Source of the DNA: Antedon mediterranea
Lineage: Eukaryota > Animalia > Echinodermata
NCBI RefSeq assembly: GCF_964355755.1
Contig: NC_092674.1
Coordinates: 3,596,001-3,660,000 of the forward strand
Direction of reading: 5' to 3'
DNA: 64,000 nt
Made by a program: the position numbers and the translations under genes. The notes beneath the pieces were generated by a model. The model did no database searches and was not told where the DNA came from. It saw only the letters and a program-made list of their open reading frames with translations. Shown here piece by piece: positions 39,310 through 54,200 of this stretch (position 1 is the stretch's first letter; each line of letters begins with the position of its first letter).

Positions 39310-41430
39310 ATGGCGACAACCATTCGTTCCATTTCAGAGGATTCGGAATATTATGCAAAAAGTTTTAAGATTATAAAACCACAGTTGACAAGGATTCAAG
39401 CAGATCTAGATAAAATATTTGAAAAAACAATTCCGAAAAAAGTAATCGTCCGAGAGAGAGGTCTTAAAGTTCTCGGAATCGGAAGTGGATCCGGTAAGAT
39501 TCTTACATTTTTTAAATCAAATTTCAGAATTATTAAATCATTTTGTGAGTATTTGTTACCAAAGGATTGCTAGAAAAAATACTAAATTGTTGGACTTCAA
39601 ACACCACAAAGTGATCACCGCGTCGACTGGAAACCAGGCTTAAGTGGTTTTGGGATAACAAAAAACTAACATCGTTCTCGCGTACAACGCTGTTGTTATT
39701 AAGTACTTATTTTAGCTTAAAGAAATGTTCATTTAGATTATTATTTGGGCGTATTTAACGCCTTTTTCCAATATTGTTTTGATCAAATATCTTTCCGGAC
39801 TTTATTTTAACCTAGTTAAACAATCCTTTTGTTTGTATATTTGACAGGCTTGCCACCTTTGGAACGGTGGCACTCACAAACTGTGTTAAAAAAACACAAA
39901 AACAATCAAAAAATTATCTCTGAATCTTTCACACCAAAGTCATTCCCCGTCCGTTTTCGGTTTTTGATGTTGATGGCCTACTGTAACCCTCTAAATAACA
40001 TTCCGCTATGACGTCATTCGTGGGATTCGAAAAAAATATTTACCTGAAAAAACTGTAATTTAAAGCAAAAATGGACCAGCCACCGGGTTTTTGGTTGAAT
40101 TTAACCATGTATTATGTTATTTCATAGGTGAAAATATTGTTTCCTTTCGTTTTTTTCTATGGAATTGATTAACCTTATTAAAACTACAAAATAACCTATT
40201 CTAACTTTTTATGTTTTTGGTGGACAATGCATCTTTAAAACTTTCTTTAAAGGTGAACTCGAGTTAAAACATACACTACAGCTTTTACGCACCTTTCCAC
40301 AAATATCACTGACGTCGATAGAGCCTGTACCAGATCACCTAGACGAATACAAACAGTTAGTAGCCAAAGAAGCCGACACGTTGAAGAGCGTCACCTATGA
40401 CTGGAGACAACAAACTTTGGACCAATACCGACACGAGGTTGGCGCCTCTAAGAAATATGACGTCATCGTATCCATCAATAGCGTGTATTACTTCGATGAC
40501 GTAGAAGATTCGATGATATACCTACGTGATATTTTAGAAGATGATGGAATTCTTATAATTGTTCTCGTATCAGGTAATTACTAATTATTTTACAAGATTT
40601 TCTCACTAATTAAGGGTGTGTGGCGCAGTGAGATCGAGGTTCGAATCCAACTCTCGCCGCATTGTTAGTATCCTTAAAGCTTGGTTCCCACTAGCGACGC
40701 AACACAAGGACGTAACGCAACGCAAGTGAATTGACCAATCACAAGCGATGGCTTATTCGCTTGTGATTGCTAACCGTCTATAACTTCGCTTATCATTGGT
40801 TAAAACGCTTGCGTTGCGTTTACGTCCTTGCGTTACGTTCTAGTGGGAACCAAGCTTAAACAAGATACTTTACTTACGTTTGCCTATCTCCACCCTGGTA
40901 TATAAATGGGTACCCGGTTAGATCAAGACACAACTTTGCGCTGATTACTAGCTGCATTTGGGAGATGTTTCTATACGTGTTTGATGCAAACAATTACCGG
41001 GGTAATAATGTTCAGCGCTTAGAAGTTTCACAACACTATTTTGCTCAATTAATTTCATTATTTTATAGAAAATGGTATGACATACAGGCTATGGGATCGT
41101 TTTCCTCATTTGTATGACGCGTCTCACTTCCATCGTATTTGCTCACTTCATCTACTCGACGTATTACAAAAGTGTAACATTAAATACGACAGTGAGCGCA
41201 TACGCAGTGACGTTGACCTCACGGAATGTTTTATAGAGGGCTCAGAAGATGGGCAATATTTACTCGATTTTGTGAGTCACGTGATTGACCTGCGTGGTAG
41301 TACATCGCCGGAATGTTATTCAGAATTTGTGTCTTTCTTGAAAGAGTCTACCCGAAAAGATTCTACGGAAGAAAATGGTGTACGATGGGTGTTCGTTACC
41401 GAGCAAGAAGTACTATATATACACAAGTAA
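39310..41430 (+). CDS. HNMT: Histamine N-methyltransferase-like class I SAM methyltransferase (~288 aa, 3 exons)
   Basis: Exons 39310-39493, 40253-40573, 41069-41430 in frame. SAM motif VLGIGSGSGE, IEP, YDVIVSINSVYYF and DLTECF...G..LLDF match HNMT-family patterns; orthology and substrate unproven. Confidence 0.8.
40614..41035 (+). mobile_element. tRNA-derived SINE interrupted by MITE family A (40678-40856, TAA TSD)
   Basis: B-box GGTTCGAATCC, central TATAAATGGGTACCCGG, tail homologous to 61194-61450. Confidence 0.75.
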
Positions 41431-41502
41431 CCCAGCATATCACGTAAGAGGTTGAGGTATGTCGTGCCATACAGTCATATCTATACGGTGCGCCTTAACT
41501 AT

Positions 41503-41716
41503 AGGCTACGGTGCGTTTTAACTATACGGCGTGTCGTGACTATACGACGTGTCGTAAATATACGGCGTGTCGTAACTATACGGCGTGTCGTAACTATACG
41601 GCGTGTCGTAACCATACGGCGTGTCGTGACCATACGGCGTGTCGTGACTATACGGCGTGTCGTAAATTTACGGCGTGTTGTAAATTTACGGCGTGTCGTG
41701 ACTATACGGCGTGTCA
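41503..41716. repeat. 18-bp tandem repeat (ACTATACGGCGTGTCGTR) x~11
   Basis: Directly visible; explains the TIRRVV/TTRRIV ORFs. Confidence 0.9.
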
Positions 41717-42249
41717 TAATTAAACTTCAGCTGGAATGGTAAAACAAATAAAAAACGCTCGAAAATAAAAACCAATAACTAAATGAGACTAGAGAGTATG
41801 TCTCTGTAATGGCTATCAAAAATGTTTAAAAAACGATGCAAAAACCAGTTATGTAAAAAAGTATTAATTTAATAAAAGGCTACCATACTATATTAAAAGT
41901 TATATTTGATACATTAAAGATATATTGCCTCCCTGAAAGAATAATTTTTTTTAAATCGACTAAAAAAATAGTTGAGTTGAAAAAACTGTAATTTAAAGAA
42001 AAAACAGTCAAATTGGCTGCCAGCCGATGGATTTTTGGTTGAATTTACTGTTTATTTTGTGATTTTATAAGTAAAAAAAGCATAACTGTTTTGGGTTTTT
42101 TTCTACAGAACTTTGTTAAAACTACAAAATATGATTTTATTCATTTTCATGTTTTTGGGGACAATATACAGTATCTTTAACAAAGCAGCATTTGCATGAT
42201 ATAATTCAATATTATCAGTTTTCAAGGTTTTAAAACAATCTTCTGAACA

Positions 42250-45200
42250 TCAAGTGAGGCAGTTATCAATATGTTTATTTATATCAGCGTTACTTGTTCC
42301 TGTACCAAAAACTTTTTCGCACATCGGGCAAGTAATTTTGCTTTCGGTTTGTTTATTAAAACTGCCTTGTATACTCATCTGTTTCGGCTTCTTCGTTGGT
42401 TGAGATTTCATCCCCGTTTCGTTCGGTAAAGGACGTTTTTGCCGTATGGTCGGTAGACTAACACTGCTTGAGCTATCAGCACTTGCGCTACACAATAAAG
42501 CCTCTGTTCCTTTACCTGACTCAATTTCTTTTACACCATTTACAATCGTCTCTTTGGTTACGGCACCAGTAAGTGGCTTAAAGAAATTCTTAATTGTCAT
42601 GGGTGGTGTCATAGCTTTACTTAAATATTTAGCATCGACTGGAGATACAGGCTCTTCTGTTAAAACTAATATGGATGACGGATTGCTGGATGCTTGCACA
42701 ACACAACCACTTTTATCACTCACCTAAAACACAAAATTAAAACAAATTCTAACCTGCATCATCGCATATTTGATTTGTAATGAGCTTTGATTATACACAA
42801 TAAATGATATTGCATTTCTTTCTTGAAAATTTTAAAAAAGCTAATTATCGACAAATTAAAAAACTTTCAGAGATTTTACAATGATATTCTTTACAGAAAA
42901 CATTTTTAAGATCTGTCTACACTATCAAACTACAGTAGTTTGACGAAAAGTGTAATGTGCCCAAATATGGTAGTGATATACCCATACATGGTAGTTTTAT
43001 GACATCATCATGTTCATATATGGGCACATCACACTTCTTTTTGTCACATAAAGTTTGATAGTGTAGAAAGAGCTGAAGAATATAAAACATTTTTTTTTAT
43101 TCTTGTTTAAAGAGATTTCAATGTATAATAGAAAAATAGCCCTTGTTTTTCGATATCTATGTTGTGGCCATTCTAGAAGAACACAAAGTCAAATATGTAC
43201 ATTTATTTAATTTGAGAAAAAATTAAAATATAATTACATCATACTTCTTACCAGTTGTAGTTGTTCCAAGTGTTTTTGCTCAGAAATTGCCGCTTTTGCG
43301 ACATCCATCAGAATCGCCGGATACCGCATTCCTACTAGTTTCTTGCCGTTATCCAGCTTAACACGTACTACACGGAGATTACATTGCGCTTTACTGCAAC
43401 AAATTAAAACTTTCTAAAACCAAATTCCCAAAACCGCCAAGGAAAATGCAAGGGAAAAATAAACACCCAGAGAAACGGCCTAACTAATTACAGTTTTTAT
43501 GTTTCAGTTTTTCAATGTATGTAATTAAATTATTAGCCTATAAATAATTATAATCATTATTAGTACATACACATAAACTATGAGAAGTAATCAATTTGAT
43601 TTATCACATTAATCAACACAAACACACCCTTCAGTAAAATTAATTCCACATTTTTCGAAATTCAAAACCGACATTGAGACAAATAAATCAATACCCTATG
43701 CATCAATCTGTTATTACTTGATAATATCAATTATAATAATAAATATCTATAAAGGGTAATTACATCAAACATAACTTTTCTGTATAAACCAATGTCAAAC
43801 AGATATATAAATAAAAATAAAATGTACATTAGTAGTAGGCTTACTTTAATACTAGTGACATGATAATATTAATTATAAAATATAAGGTTATTACACCAAA
43901 AATTAACTTTTTTGTTTAAACAGATGTTAAAACTGCACAAATATTATAAATGAATATACAATTCACACTCAAAACGTCAAAATATTTTCAAATCTTACCT
44001 CAGTTGCAATCTGCTAGCATGTGAAGTAACAGTATTCTCTAACGTTGACATATGTGTTAATATACCACCGCACAATAGATCCATTCTGTAGCAACGAGAG
44101 CCAACTAAGAGAAAAACATTTTTTCGATGAGCAGTAACGGTAATAAAAATATAGAATCTGTTATATCTTTATGACCATTTAGACACAGCGTGGAGCGAAC
44201 GGGCGGTTTCCACTCAGGATAGATACAGATTTTAAGTAGGACAAGTTAGGCGGTTTTTCGCTTAGTGTATGTTTAAATTGGCCTTTAGAGGATGAAATTG
44301 ATAGGAAAGGTAAAACTTCTCCTCAAATAATGAAAATAAAGTGGCCAATAAGTAGCTTACCCATACAAGAGTCACCATGTTTACAATGCGGGCCATGGAC
44401 ACAATGATCTTTGAAACATTCATACAACAAATTCCAACCAACCTCTGAAAAAGATTCAAAAATACTACTTAACAAAAACAGATTTTATTTACTATCATAT
44501 GTGAACAAAATTTTGATTTTCTTAAGCTCTGTCTACACTATCAAACTTGATGTGACAAAAAAATGTGATGTGCCCATATATGGAAACGATGATGTTATAT
44601 CACTACCATAATTGGGCACATCACAGTTTGTTTTTTCTAACTAGTTTGAGAGTGTAGACAGAGCTTTAAACTCTTTTGCACTTATTTTAACACTTAGTAT
44701 GTTACAATGGTTTCCTGGGGACATGGACCTAAATTGGTATCATTGGCGTTATTACAGAAACAAAATGTTCTAAAGGCATACTTAAGGGGTGGCTTAAATG
44801 TTTTGAGTCAATTGGCTCAAGGAACTTTAGGTTTAGAATACCAAAAAAAAGTGTATAGGTCGGTAGTTTAGATAACTTACCAGCTTTTTCTTTGGTAACT
44901 TTGTAATACTTAGTAAATAGTTCAGTCTTTTCTTCATCGAATCCAGACACACCAGTATTGGGCCTAAGAAATATAAAACAATACAAAATCATAGTACAAA
45001 TTCTTTTTTTTGTGTCAAAACTTTTAATCTTTTTTCTACTTTTTATCAGAGAATTGTGTTGTAAGTGCTTTTTTCTGTTGGTGCAATCTTCTGTGTATTT
45101 TTATTGTTATATACAGTATATATATGATGATATTCCAGTTTTTCAAAACAAATTTCTGTTAATCCTTTTTAATGGACAAATAAAGATACTATGACTATGA

Positions 45201-48200
45201 CTTCTAAACTGACCTGGCAATTTTAAACAGATGCGTAGAGTTCAGTTTCTGCGTGGCTAACAAATACATGAACTGGCCATGAGGATTTCTACGACGTGAA
45301 CAGTAAAACCCGTCATTGTCACCGCTATGGTTTTCAAGACGTTCCTGAGCTCTTTCCCAACTCATACCACGATCAACTCTTAATTTATAATGCCTGACAG
45401 AAAAAATATAAATAAATATCCTTTCATTTTAATTAATGTGCCCTCAACACAAATGCTGAAAAATTTATTTCATTTATTTGTTTAAAAAAAAACGAAAAAA
45501 GAGTGCACGTGTGTAAAATTAACCTGGTGAAAATTCATAAATACAGGTTGATTCTTTTAAGACATCATCAGCTTGCCATACTTACATAGTCTTAATGTTG
45601 GTCTGAGCAGATTTAAATACTTCTGTTGGTTCTTCTACCATCTGAATGGAAGGAGCAATGATGTCCACCAAACCTTCATTATACCTATATATAATATAAT
45701 AAAAAATTAATAGATTTTTATAAAATCTGGAAAAGTATATTATTTTCTATAAAAATAAACACTTGAAACAAGTTATGGGCTAGAAAACAGTCTACAGTTA
45801 ACTAGCCTGGTGAGTAGGTAAGAGAAAACAAAAAAATGTTACCTGCCCTCCTTCTTAGCGGCAGCAATGACTGCTTGAAGACTTTCCGAGAAATAGCGAA
45901 ATATTAGGTTCTGCATATCAACAGCCAAGCCCAATATTCTGTTTAGAAATTTACCAACATCGCCAGTATCTTTGTCATTGACTTTGGTGGCAAGTGATGT
46001 TGTATCGAGCAGGGCCATCAGATCAAGACATTCCTATGAACAAAAATCAACAAATTAAGCTTTAACATTATGTTGTGATAGTACTGTATACAGTAATATA
46101 CAAAAATACTACATATGGTGTCCCCTTAAGGCCAATTTACACAGACGAGGGGTAACAGTAATAAAAATATAGAATCTATATGTTATTCCTTATGACCATT
46201 TAAACACAACGCGGAGCGGACGGGTGGTTTCCGCTCCGGATAGATACAGATTCTACGTGGAACAAGCTACGCGGTTTTCTTCTTACCTTTACCGCTCATT
46301 TGTGTAAATTGGTCTTTCAAAGGTTCTACTGTATAAAATATAGTATACTTACAGTATAGAATGGAGTACAGATTAGCATACGAATAGCTTGGCTTGAATT
46401 AGCTAAACATTGCCAATGAAGAACATACAAGAAAGAGAACGTGTTACTTACCATCATTTGTGCATTAAATTCGGAGAATACCATCTTTTCATTTTTCATA
46501 ATGTTATCTAAGGAGACCCCATTGGCGATGTGATTCTGAAAAAAAAGGTAATACAGTAGTATAATAATCATAATCACAATCCTCGTGTCACTATAACTAA
46601 TAGTTATTAGTGCTCAATCACACATCACTATAATACCCCTTTCACAAAAAACTCACCTGGGCTCCCACAATACAAAACGCAGGTGTTGAATGAGTGAAAG
46701 TGGTATAACATTAAAATAAAATCACTATCATGATCATCGTTATCATAAACTTGATTTAAATAAATGCCAGATGTGCCTACAGGGCTACTGGAACAACATT
46801 AAATCCTATAATCTATAGTCTTAAGCTCTGTCTACACTATTAAACTAGTTTGACAAAAACAGTGTGATGTGCCTAAATATGGACATCATCATGTCCATAT
46901 AAAGGCACATCACATTTTTTCACACATAAAGTTTGATAGTGTAGACAGAGCTTATCACACTTTAACCAGCCCATATCTTCACCATTTATCAATAGAACAA
47001 ATTAATAAAAAGAAGCTTACATTACATATTGCAAAATACATGTTCCTAAGTGCAGCACGGCCATATTGTGTGTCAAAGTTGAACTTGCTAAGGTCAGCTC
47101 CAGAGGCCGCTCTTCGGTCACCTTTAGTTAGAGCCCCTAGCGACTCTAAACGCTTAGCGACTGCAGAAGCAAATCTTCGTTCACCACCGAGGTTTGTCGT
47201 GATAAGTTTATACAACGGACCACTAAAGTTTGATAAATATATATATTATTTGTTTAGATGACATTATGTTTCTTTGAACCAAATAAATATTATTTATAGA
47301 ATAGAGCCTCTATTAAGGGGACACCTTTAGGACCCAACAAATTATCCCCTTAATAGAAGTGTCCACTGAACAGGAGTTGACTGTAGTGTTAAAACATATA
47401 CTGTCATCCTTTGAATCACAAGAAAGTTTCTGAAGAGGACTATCCAACGTCTGATAGCCTAAAGCTCTGTCTACACTATCAAACTAGTTTGACAAAAAAA
47501 GTGTGAGGTGCCTAAATATGGTAGTAATATAACCATATATGGGCACATAACATTTTTTTTGTCACCTAAAGTTTGATGGTGTAGACAGAGCTTTACCTGC
47601 TTTGATTGGCTCTGTGTGAACGTCCCATTTGCTGTACGGCTTTATCAGCTGACCAGGGTAGCTCCATTGTAATGTGAACTCGTTTACACTGATTCGCTAC
47701 TCTCTTATCAGCATGTAAAGATATTCCTGCAAAAAAGTACAATCCCTTTATTATAAAATGGCAATTTAGCAACATGACACCGAGCTCGACTTGCCAAGAT
47801 AGGCTATCACAGTCTTTGATTGTTTCAAAGCTAGAGGTAAACCCTTTGATCTGGATGAGCTCATCGTCCTGTTGTTAGATTGCCTTTATTATAATACACC
47901 AAACATTTAACTGCAATAACAATAATGACAATAAAGATATTTATCAAATTCAATTAAATATGGACTGACCAGTACTAGCAGCATCTGATATGATAGCTAT
48001 CAATTTGGTTCCATTCATAAAACTATTTCTCTGAAACAAGATGAAAACAAGGTTTAATCTTGTATATCGAATAATTAATCTCTGTTTACACCATCGAATT
48101 TTATGCGACAAAAAAATGTGATGTGCCCATATATGGACACGACGACATCATATCACTACAGACTAAAAAATTGTAATACGAACCTCCTGTACATTAAGGC

Positions 48201-51200
48201 TTTCGAGCTGACTTGTGTCACCTGACCTAGTCTCGTACTTGAACCCATCCTTACCGTGAACGACACGACCTTTCCTACCAGTCATCTCGGCCACTTTGCT
48301 CGGACCACCAAACTTGTCAATGATCTCATCTAAGGGACTATAACAAATAAATGTTATCCTCAATAAATTATTTTCTTTGAGATTATTTTAGATTGATCGA
48401 TTGTAATATTTCATAGTTCTACACAAACCTGTTTGGTAAACCAATTTTGCCAGCAAAACTGATTAGAAGCTCTTTGGCTGTATTACTCCATTCGTCTGTC
48501 CGTACCTCACACTTCTGAGGTGTCTGAAACAAAGAAATAATATTTACATTTGTTGTCACATAAAGTTTGATAGTGTAGACAGAGCTTTAAAAATGACTTT
48601 ATGGGAGTGGTGTTGTTTTTTGTCATTAGAAAAAAAATCCTGACATGGGAATCGGTAGCATAACATTTTAAACATGAAGCTAAAACTTCCCTTAATATGA
48701 CAAAACTCATTAACCATATCCAAATAAAATAAAAACTGCGATATACTGAATGTATTAAAACTAAAGTATCTATTATTTATTTGAGTTATTAGGAAATATT
48801 ATTGTAATGATGTTTTGTAATTAAAGAGAAAAAAGCGGACAAACTAATTGTTTATTTAACTTACTGATAAGTTGATATCTGTCGGAAAATATTCAGAAAC
48901 AAAGTGTACAAAGATTTCCTTAGCAGTTGAGACAAAGTCTGTGAGTTGAGAATCTTTTCTTTGGAGTTCACTGTCTAGACTTGCCTACAAAGAGCAACAT
49001 GTAGTTACGTAATCAATATAATGGTTATTTACAATGTTCAGGATCAGAGAAAACAAAAATGATGAGAGAGACAAAAGTTGAGACTCACAAATAATAATTT
49101 TTGGGTGGGGGGGGGGGGGAAGTACACATTTATCTAACTTATGTATTAATTAATACAGAACGAACAATGGCTAGACAGGTAAGTGACTGGAGGAGATTAG
49201 AAGAGCATAATTTAGCATACTCCAGATGGAAAAAAGTTTAATGATGAAGTTGGCAATCAAAACACTAACCTCGCCAGTTGTTTGAAGACCAATCACAACG
49301 CAGCAACCACTTTCCAGAGCTGCTTTTGTTTCTTTTACAATAGTTGGCACTTTGACACCCATACTGTGAAAACAGATTTAATGAAGGTACTTACTTCAGG
49401 CTATATAACAATGATTTGGGAATACAGTATATCCCCTATTAAGGGGATACCTTCAAGATAGGGATGTTTCTTGAATAGGGGTTGATGCCTTAAATAGAAA
49501 AGTGGTCCCTTTAGGGGTGTCTCTTAGATAGGGGTTGAAGCCTTTTATGGGAAAGTGACGCCTTTCATGGGAAAGTAGTCCTCTTAGGGGTGTCCCAGAG
49601 TCGGTCGAGATTGTACTATATTAGGATTCCTGATGTGTATAGTCATCCATATTTCAAACTCAATTCATTACCAGATTTGCTTAAAGAACCGTTGGTGAGC
49701 TGACCAAAATAAGGACCATATCTTGGAGTTGCCGGTGTTGGTTCTCTCCAATGCTGATTGTAGAGATCTTCTTAATTCATTCCTACAAAAACAAGCGGAA
49801 TAATGACTTAGTATACAAAAAAAAATTAGAACGATAAACATTCATTTTGTCACAAATCAACAACAAATGCTTTCAAAAGTACATATCATTATCAACTACA
49901 AACTATCACATGAATGGTGACCCCTGTTTGTCATGATTTCATTTCCATGACTTTTGGGATCGCCTGAGGAACCTCCTGGTAATTGTTCTATATATGAGAA
50001 TTGAGAATAACATATTTAAAAAAATACTAAATCAACAGATAATTTGTAATACTTGTAACTTAAACACATGATTCTCAGTGCTTGTTTTATATTTTTAAAT
50101 AACATTTCATCATAATACTTTATATATTTAAGATGACTTGGTTTATATTTTAATGTCATATTTATTTTTTGTAATGTGAATTTATTTTAATATTGTAAAT
50201 TCAACAATGCATTGAATTTGAATTAGTATCCTACCATATATGAACCGAAGTGTTGTACATCTTAACTTGTTCATCAGTAAGTTCACACTCTACCGTACTA
50301 AACTCAGCCTGTTTAAAACTAAGTCCTCTCGACACATACTTTCCAGACGTCTTCATTTCCATTGCTAATAACTCGGCAATACCTTTGGAAAAAAGTTTCA
50401 AAATCTATCAATAAATATTATTATCAATATTATGTACATTAGAATACTTCAGTAGAACTAGCTATTTTATAAAAGTTTTATTTTGTTTGATGTTTTTCCT
50501 AATATATTTGAATAAAATCAAACAAAATTTGCACAATATCTGCATTCTAAAAAAAAACCAGTTTTAATTTTTTTTAATGATTTTCCTAATAAATTAAAAT
50601 CAAATTAAAATCAATCTGCATTCTAACTCAAAAAAACACAAATGATTATTTGATAGCTTACCAAGACCTCGTCTATTGATAGCGTCATTGAATTGTGCAA
50701 ATGTTTTAAAAGCTGTACCGTCTCCCCACATGCCAAGCCGCTCCATGAAAGCCTGTAAAAATACAACAACTGGTTTAGTTAAAATAACTGTATACAGTAA
50801 TATCCTGTGGGGATGTCCATGGTGTTAAAACGTATATTTTCTCTTGTTCATATCTCAGGAGAGTGTCCTCTTAATAGAGGTGTCCCTGAATAGGGGTGTT
50901 CCAAAAGAAGGGTTTTTATTTTAATGTATAATATCACATTATATAATATGAAAGAAGATTTTTTTCTAGGTTTCCGACTATAGGAAAATTATTATTATTA
51001 AGAGATGGAACAATTCTGTCCTTCTATAACACTGACAATGCATTTTAAGGGTAGCCATACCATGTTTTTGACATCACTGACACCTGTTGCGCTACAGTAT
51101 ACGACACGTGCCTTTGGCAGTAACCTACAAAACATTAAAATAAATGAACATTAAGTGTACGACAAATCTTTCAAAGGTCTTTTATAAATTTAATACATTT

Positions 51201-54200
51201 TAATTTGATCAATAAAAATAAAATAAATACCTTTGTATTGAGGCTACTGCTAGTGCAACTTTGGTAGAATTCTTTTCGTTTCCCTAACAAAACAAAGAAA
51301 AAGCAGAAATATAATTACAAATATAATATAAGACTAAATATGATAAAATTTAGAATCAGACGGTAAGAAAACTTACAGGAATGAAATGTTTCGCTTTATG
51401 GCATTCATCAAATATTAAACAGCCATCAAATGAGTCTTTTCCACCGCACCATTTAATTAACTGATCTAAACGAGACTGTTTGTTGCTATTAAATGCTCCT
51501 AAATAAAAAAAGAAAAAAATAATTTCTTTAATATTTCTTTATGTTTCATCAACAGCATAAACAGGCCCGTAGCCAGGGGGGTTTTTATGGTTCGGGCGAA
51601 CCCCCCCTTTACAGCGAACCCCCCTTAACCGACTGCGAACCCCCATCCCCGACATGCCCAATACCTCACCCTCATCTCCAAAAATCCTCCAAATACGTGC
51701 CCCACAGTACAAAAAGTTGTTTGTAAATTGAAAAATTCGTAAACTTGTTCGTGAACCTTCTTCTCTGTATGAGCGTCAACTAGCGATACGTGTCTAAATT
51801 TCTAAAAGCTGCAAATGAATTGCCGATTTTAACCTGAAAAATAAATGTTTGGTCCCTGCATCTAACATGATATTGACGTGTCTCATAGCGAGCTGGGACA
51901 CGAACGATTCATACAAAGGACACCGCCAGACAACTGCGTACTTATAATTGTTTAGATCACTGGCAGTCAGGCAGCATGCATAAAGTATATAGCCTTCCGA
52001 CGTACATCAGTATTTATGTGTGACTATGAAGTATAATGTATCATAGAGGATTATAGTGAATATTAATATTTTACACTATAATATCTATGGTATCAAGTAC
52101 TGTACACATTATGGCATCTGATTATTTTTTTCTAGACCACCAGCCGATACGTACTAAAATGTATCAATATCACCTATTTACATATTTATATTCCTCAACA
52201 ATTGCTGTAAATAAATATTATAGATAGAGCTGGGTCATTCCATGTCAAATCACCCAATGGGTTAAACCCTACTTTCTTCAAATTTGCTCAAATTTGGTTT
52301 TTGGGTTAATTTTAGCTAAAAAACCTGAAATTTTTAATTTGAGCGCTGTACGACCAACGGTTCGCGCGCTACGCGCCGTCGTTTCTTCGCGATTTTGCGC
52401 AAAATCGACGAGGCGGGCTATACTTAAATGACCGTATCTCCGTAACGTGTGGACCGATTTTGTTGTGACCGGTATCTTTGGAAAGCTAATTGTTAAAGCT
52501 ATCCAAATCTTCTATTTACTTTTGAGATAGAACTATTTAAAAGATGTATAACTTATTCTATTCCATTTGACCTTGTGGGACAAATTTTTTTTAGATGAAA
52601 TTTTGTGAAAATTATCTCCTACATGATATTTACATAATATAAAAAAATTGGAGATATATTATTTTTTGTTTGCTTTCTAGCTCATTTCAAAGTTGGCTTA
52701 CTTCAACAATTCTGGTATTTCTATACAGTGAAGATGTATTGTCGACATTATATCACTACCAAATTTACCTCTTAATACTATCAGGGAGTTGTTATTATTC
52801 TAATAACAACTCCCTGCATACTATGGGTGTCACTGTCAGATTATTTATAAGACTAACAATGCTTTAATTATATTTTCATGCTCCATACAAAACAATTTAA
52901 CTCAATATAACTGCATGATTTATAGGGCTATAATTACGTAAAATTGTAGTAACGTTTTAAAATTGCATACAACGGCAGCTAGGCGGCATGAACCGGGGCA
53001 AGTGGTATTTTTATGCAATGACTACTACTACTTGCCCCAACCAATGTATCGTCACCCCGGTCCATGCCGTTTATAACGTAATTATAGACTTATAAATCAT
53101 GAGGTTATGTTGCATTTTTTATAAGAACGTAAAATTGTAGAATGTTTTAAAATTGCATATAATAATAATAATATTTATTCGGCAAAAGTTCATAAAGTAC
53201 AAATGGCAGCTAGACGGCATGGACCGGGGCAAGTGGTATTTTTCTGAAATGAGTGGACCCTACTTGCCCTAACCCATGTATCATCACCCCGGTCCATGCC
53301 GTTTATAATGTAATTATAGCCCTATATATCATGCATTTATATTGCATTTTTTACAAAAACGTAAAATTGTAGTAACGTTTTAAAATTGCATAAAATGGCA
53401 GCTAGACGGCATGGACCGGGGCAAGTGGTATTTTTCTGAAATGAGTGGACCCTAATTGCCCTAACCCATGTATCATCACCCCGGTCCATGCTGTTTATAA
53501 TGTAATTATAGCCCTATATATCATGCATTTATATTGCATTTTTTATTAAAAAAATTTAAATTGTAGTAACGTTTTAAAATTGCATAAAATGGCAGCTAGA
53601 CGGCATGGACCGGGCCAATTGGTATTTTTATGCATTGACTACTACTACTTGCCCCAACCAATGTATCGTCACCCCGGTCCATGCCGTTTATAACATAATT
53701 ATAGTCTTATAAATCATGTGGTTATATTGCATTTTTTACAAAAACGTAAAATTGTAGTAACGTTTTAAAATTGCATAAAATGGCAGCTAGACGGCATGGA
53801 CCAGGGCAAGTGGTATTTTTATGCAATGACTGGACCCTACTTGCCCCAACCCATGTATCGTCACCCCGGTCCATGCCGTTTTATAACGTAATTATAGCCC
53901 TATAAATTTATGCAGTTATATTGCATTTTTTATAAAAACGTTAAAATTGTAGTAATGTTTTAAAATTGCATAAAATGGCAGCTAGACGGCATGGACCGGG
54001 GCAAGTGGTATTTTCACTTGAAATGACTGGACCCTACTTGCCCCAACCCACGTATCGTCACCCCTGTCCATGCCGTTTATAACGTAATTATAGCCTAATT
54101 ATGAGTGAAGAAATAAGTGAACAAAATACAATGAACAAAAATGTAAAATAATGATGAACAGCAAAGAACAATCAATGTTTTCAAAGTTATCATCAAACAA

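Noticed and set aside
41452-41742. ORFs of TIRRVV/TTRRIV/YTACR repeats
   Set aside because: Produced by a stop-free 18-bp tandem repeat; no evidence of coding
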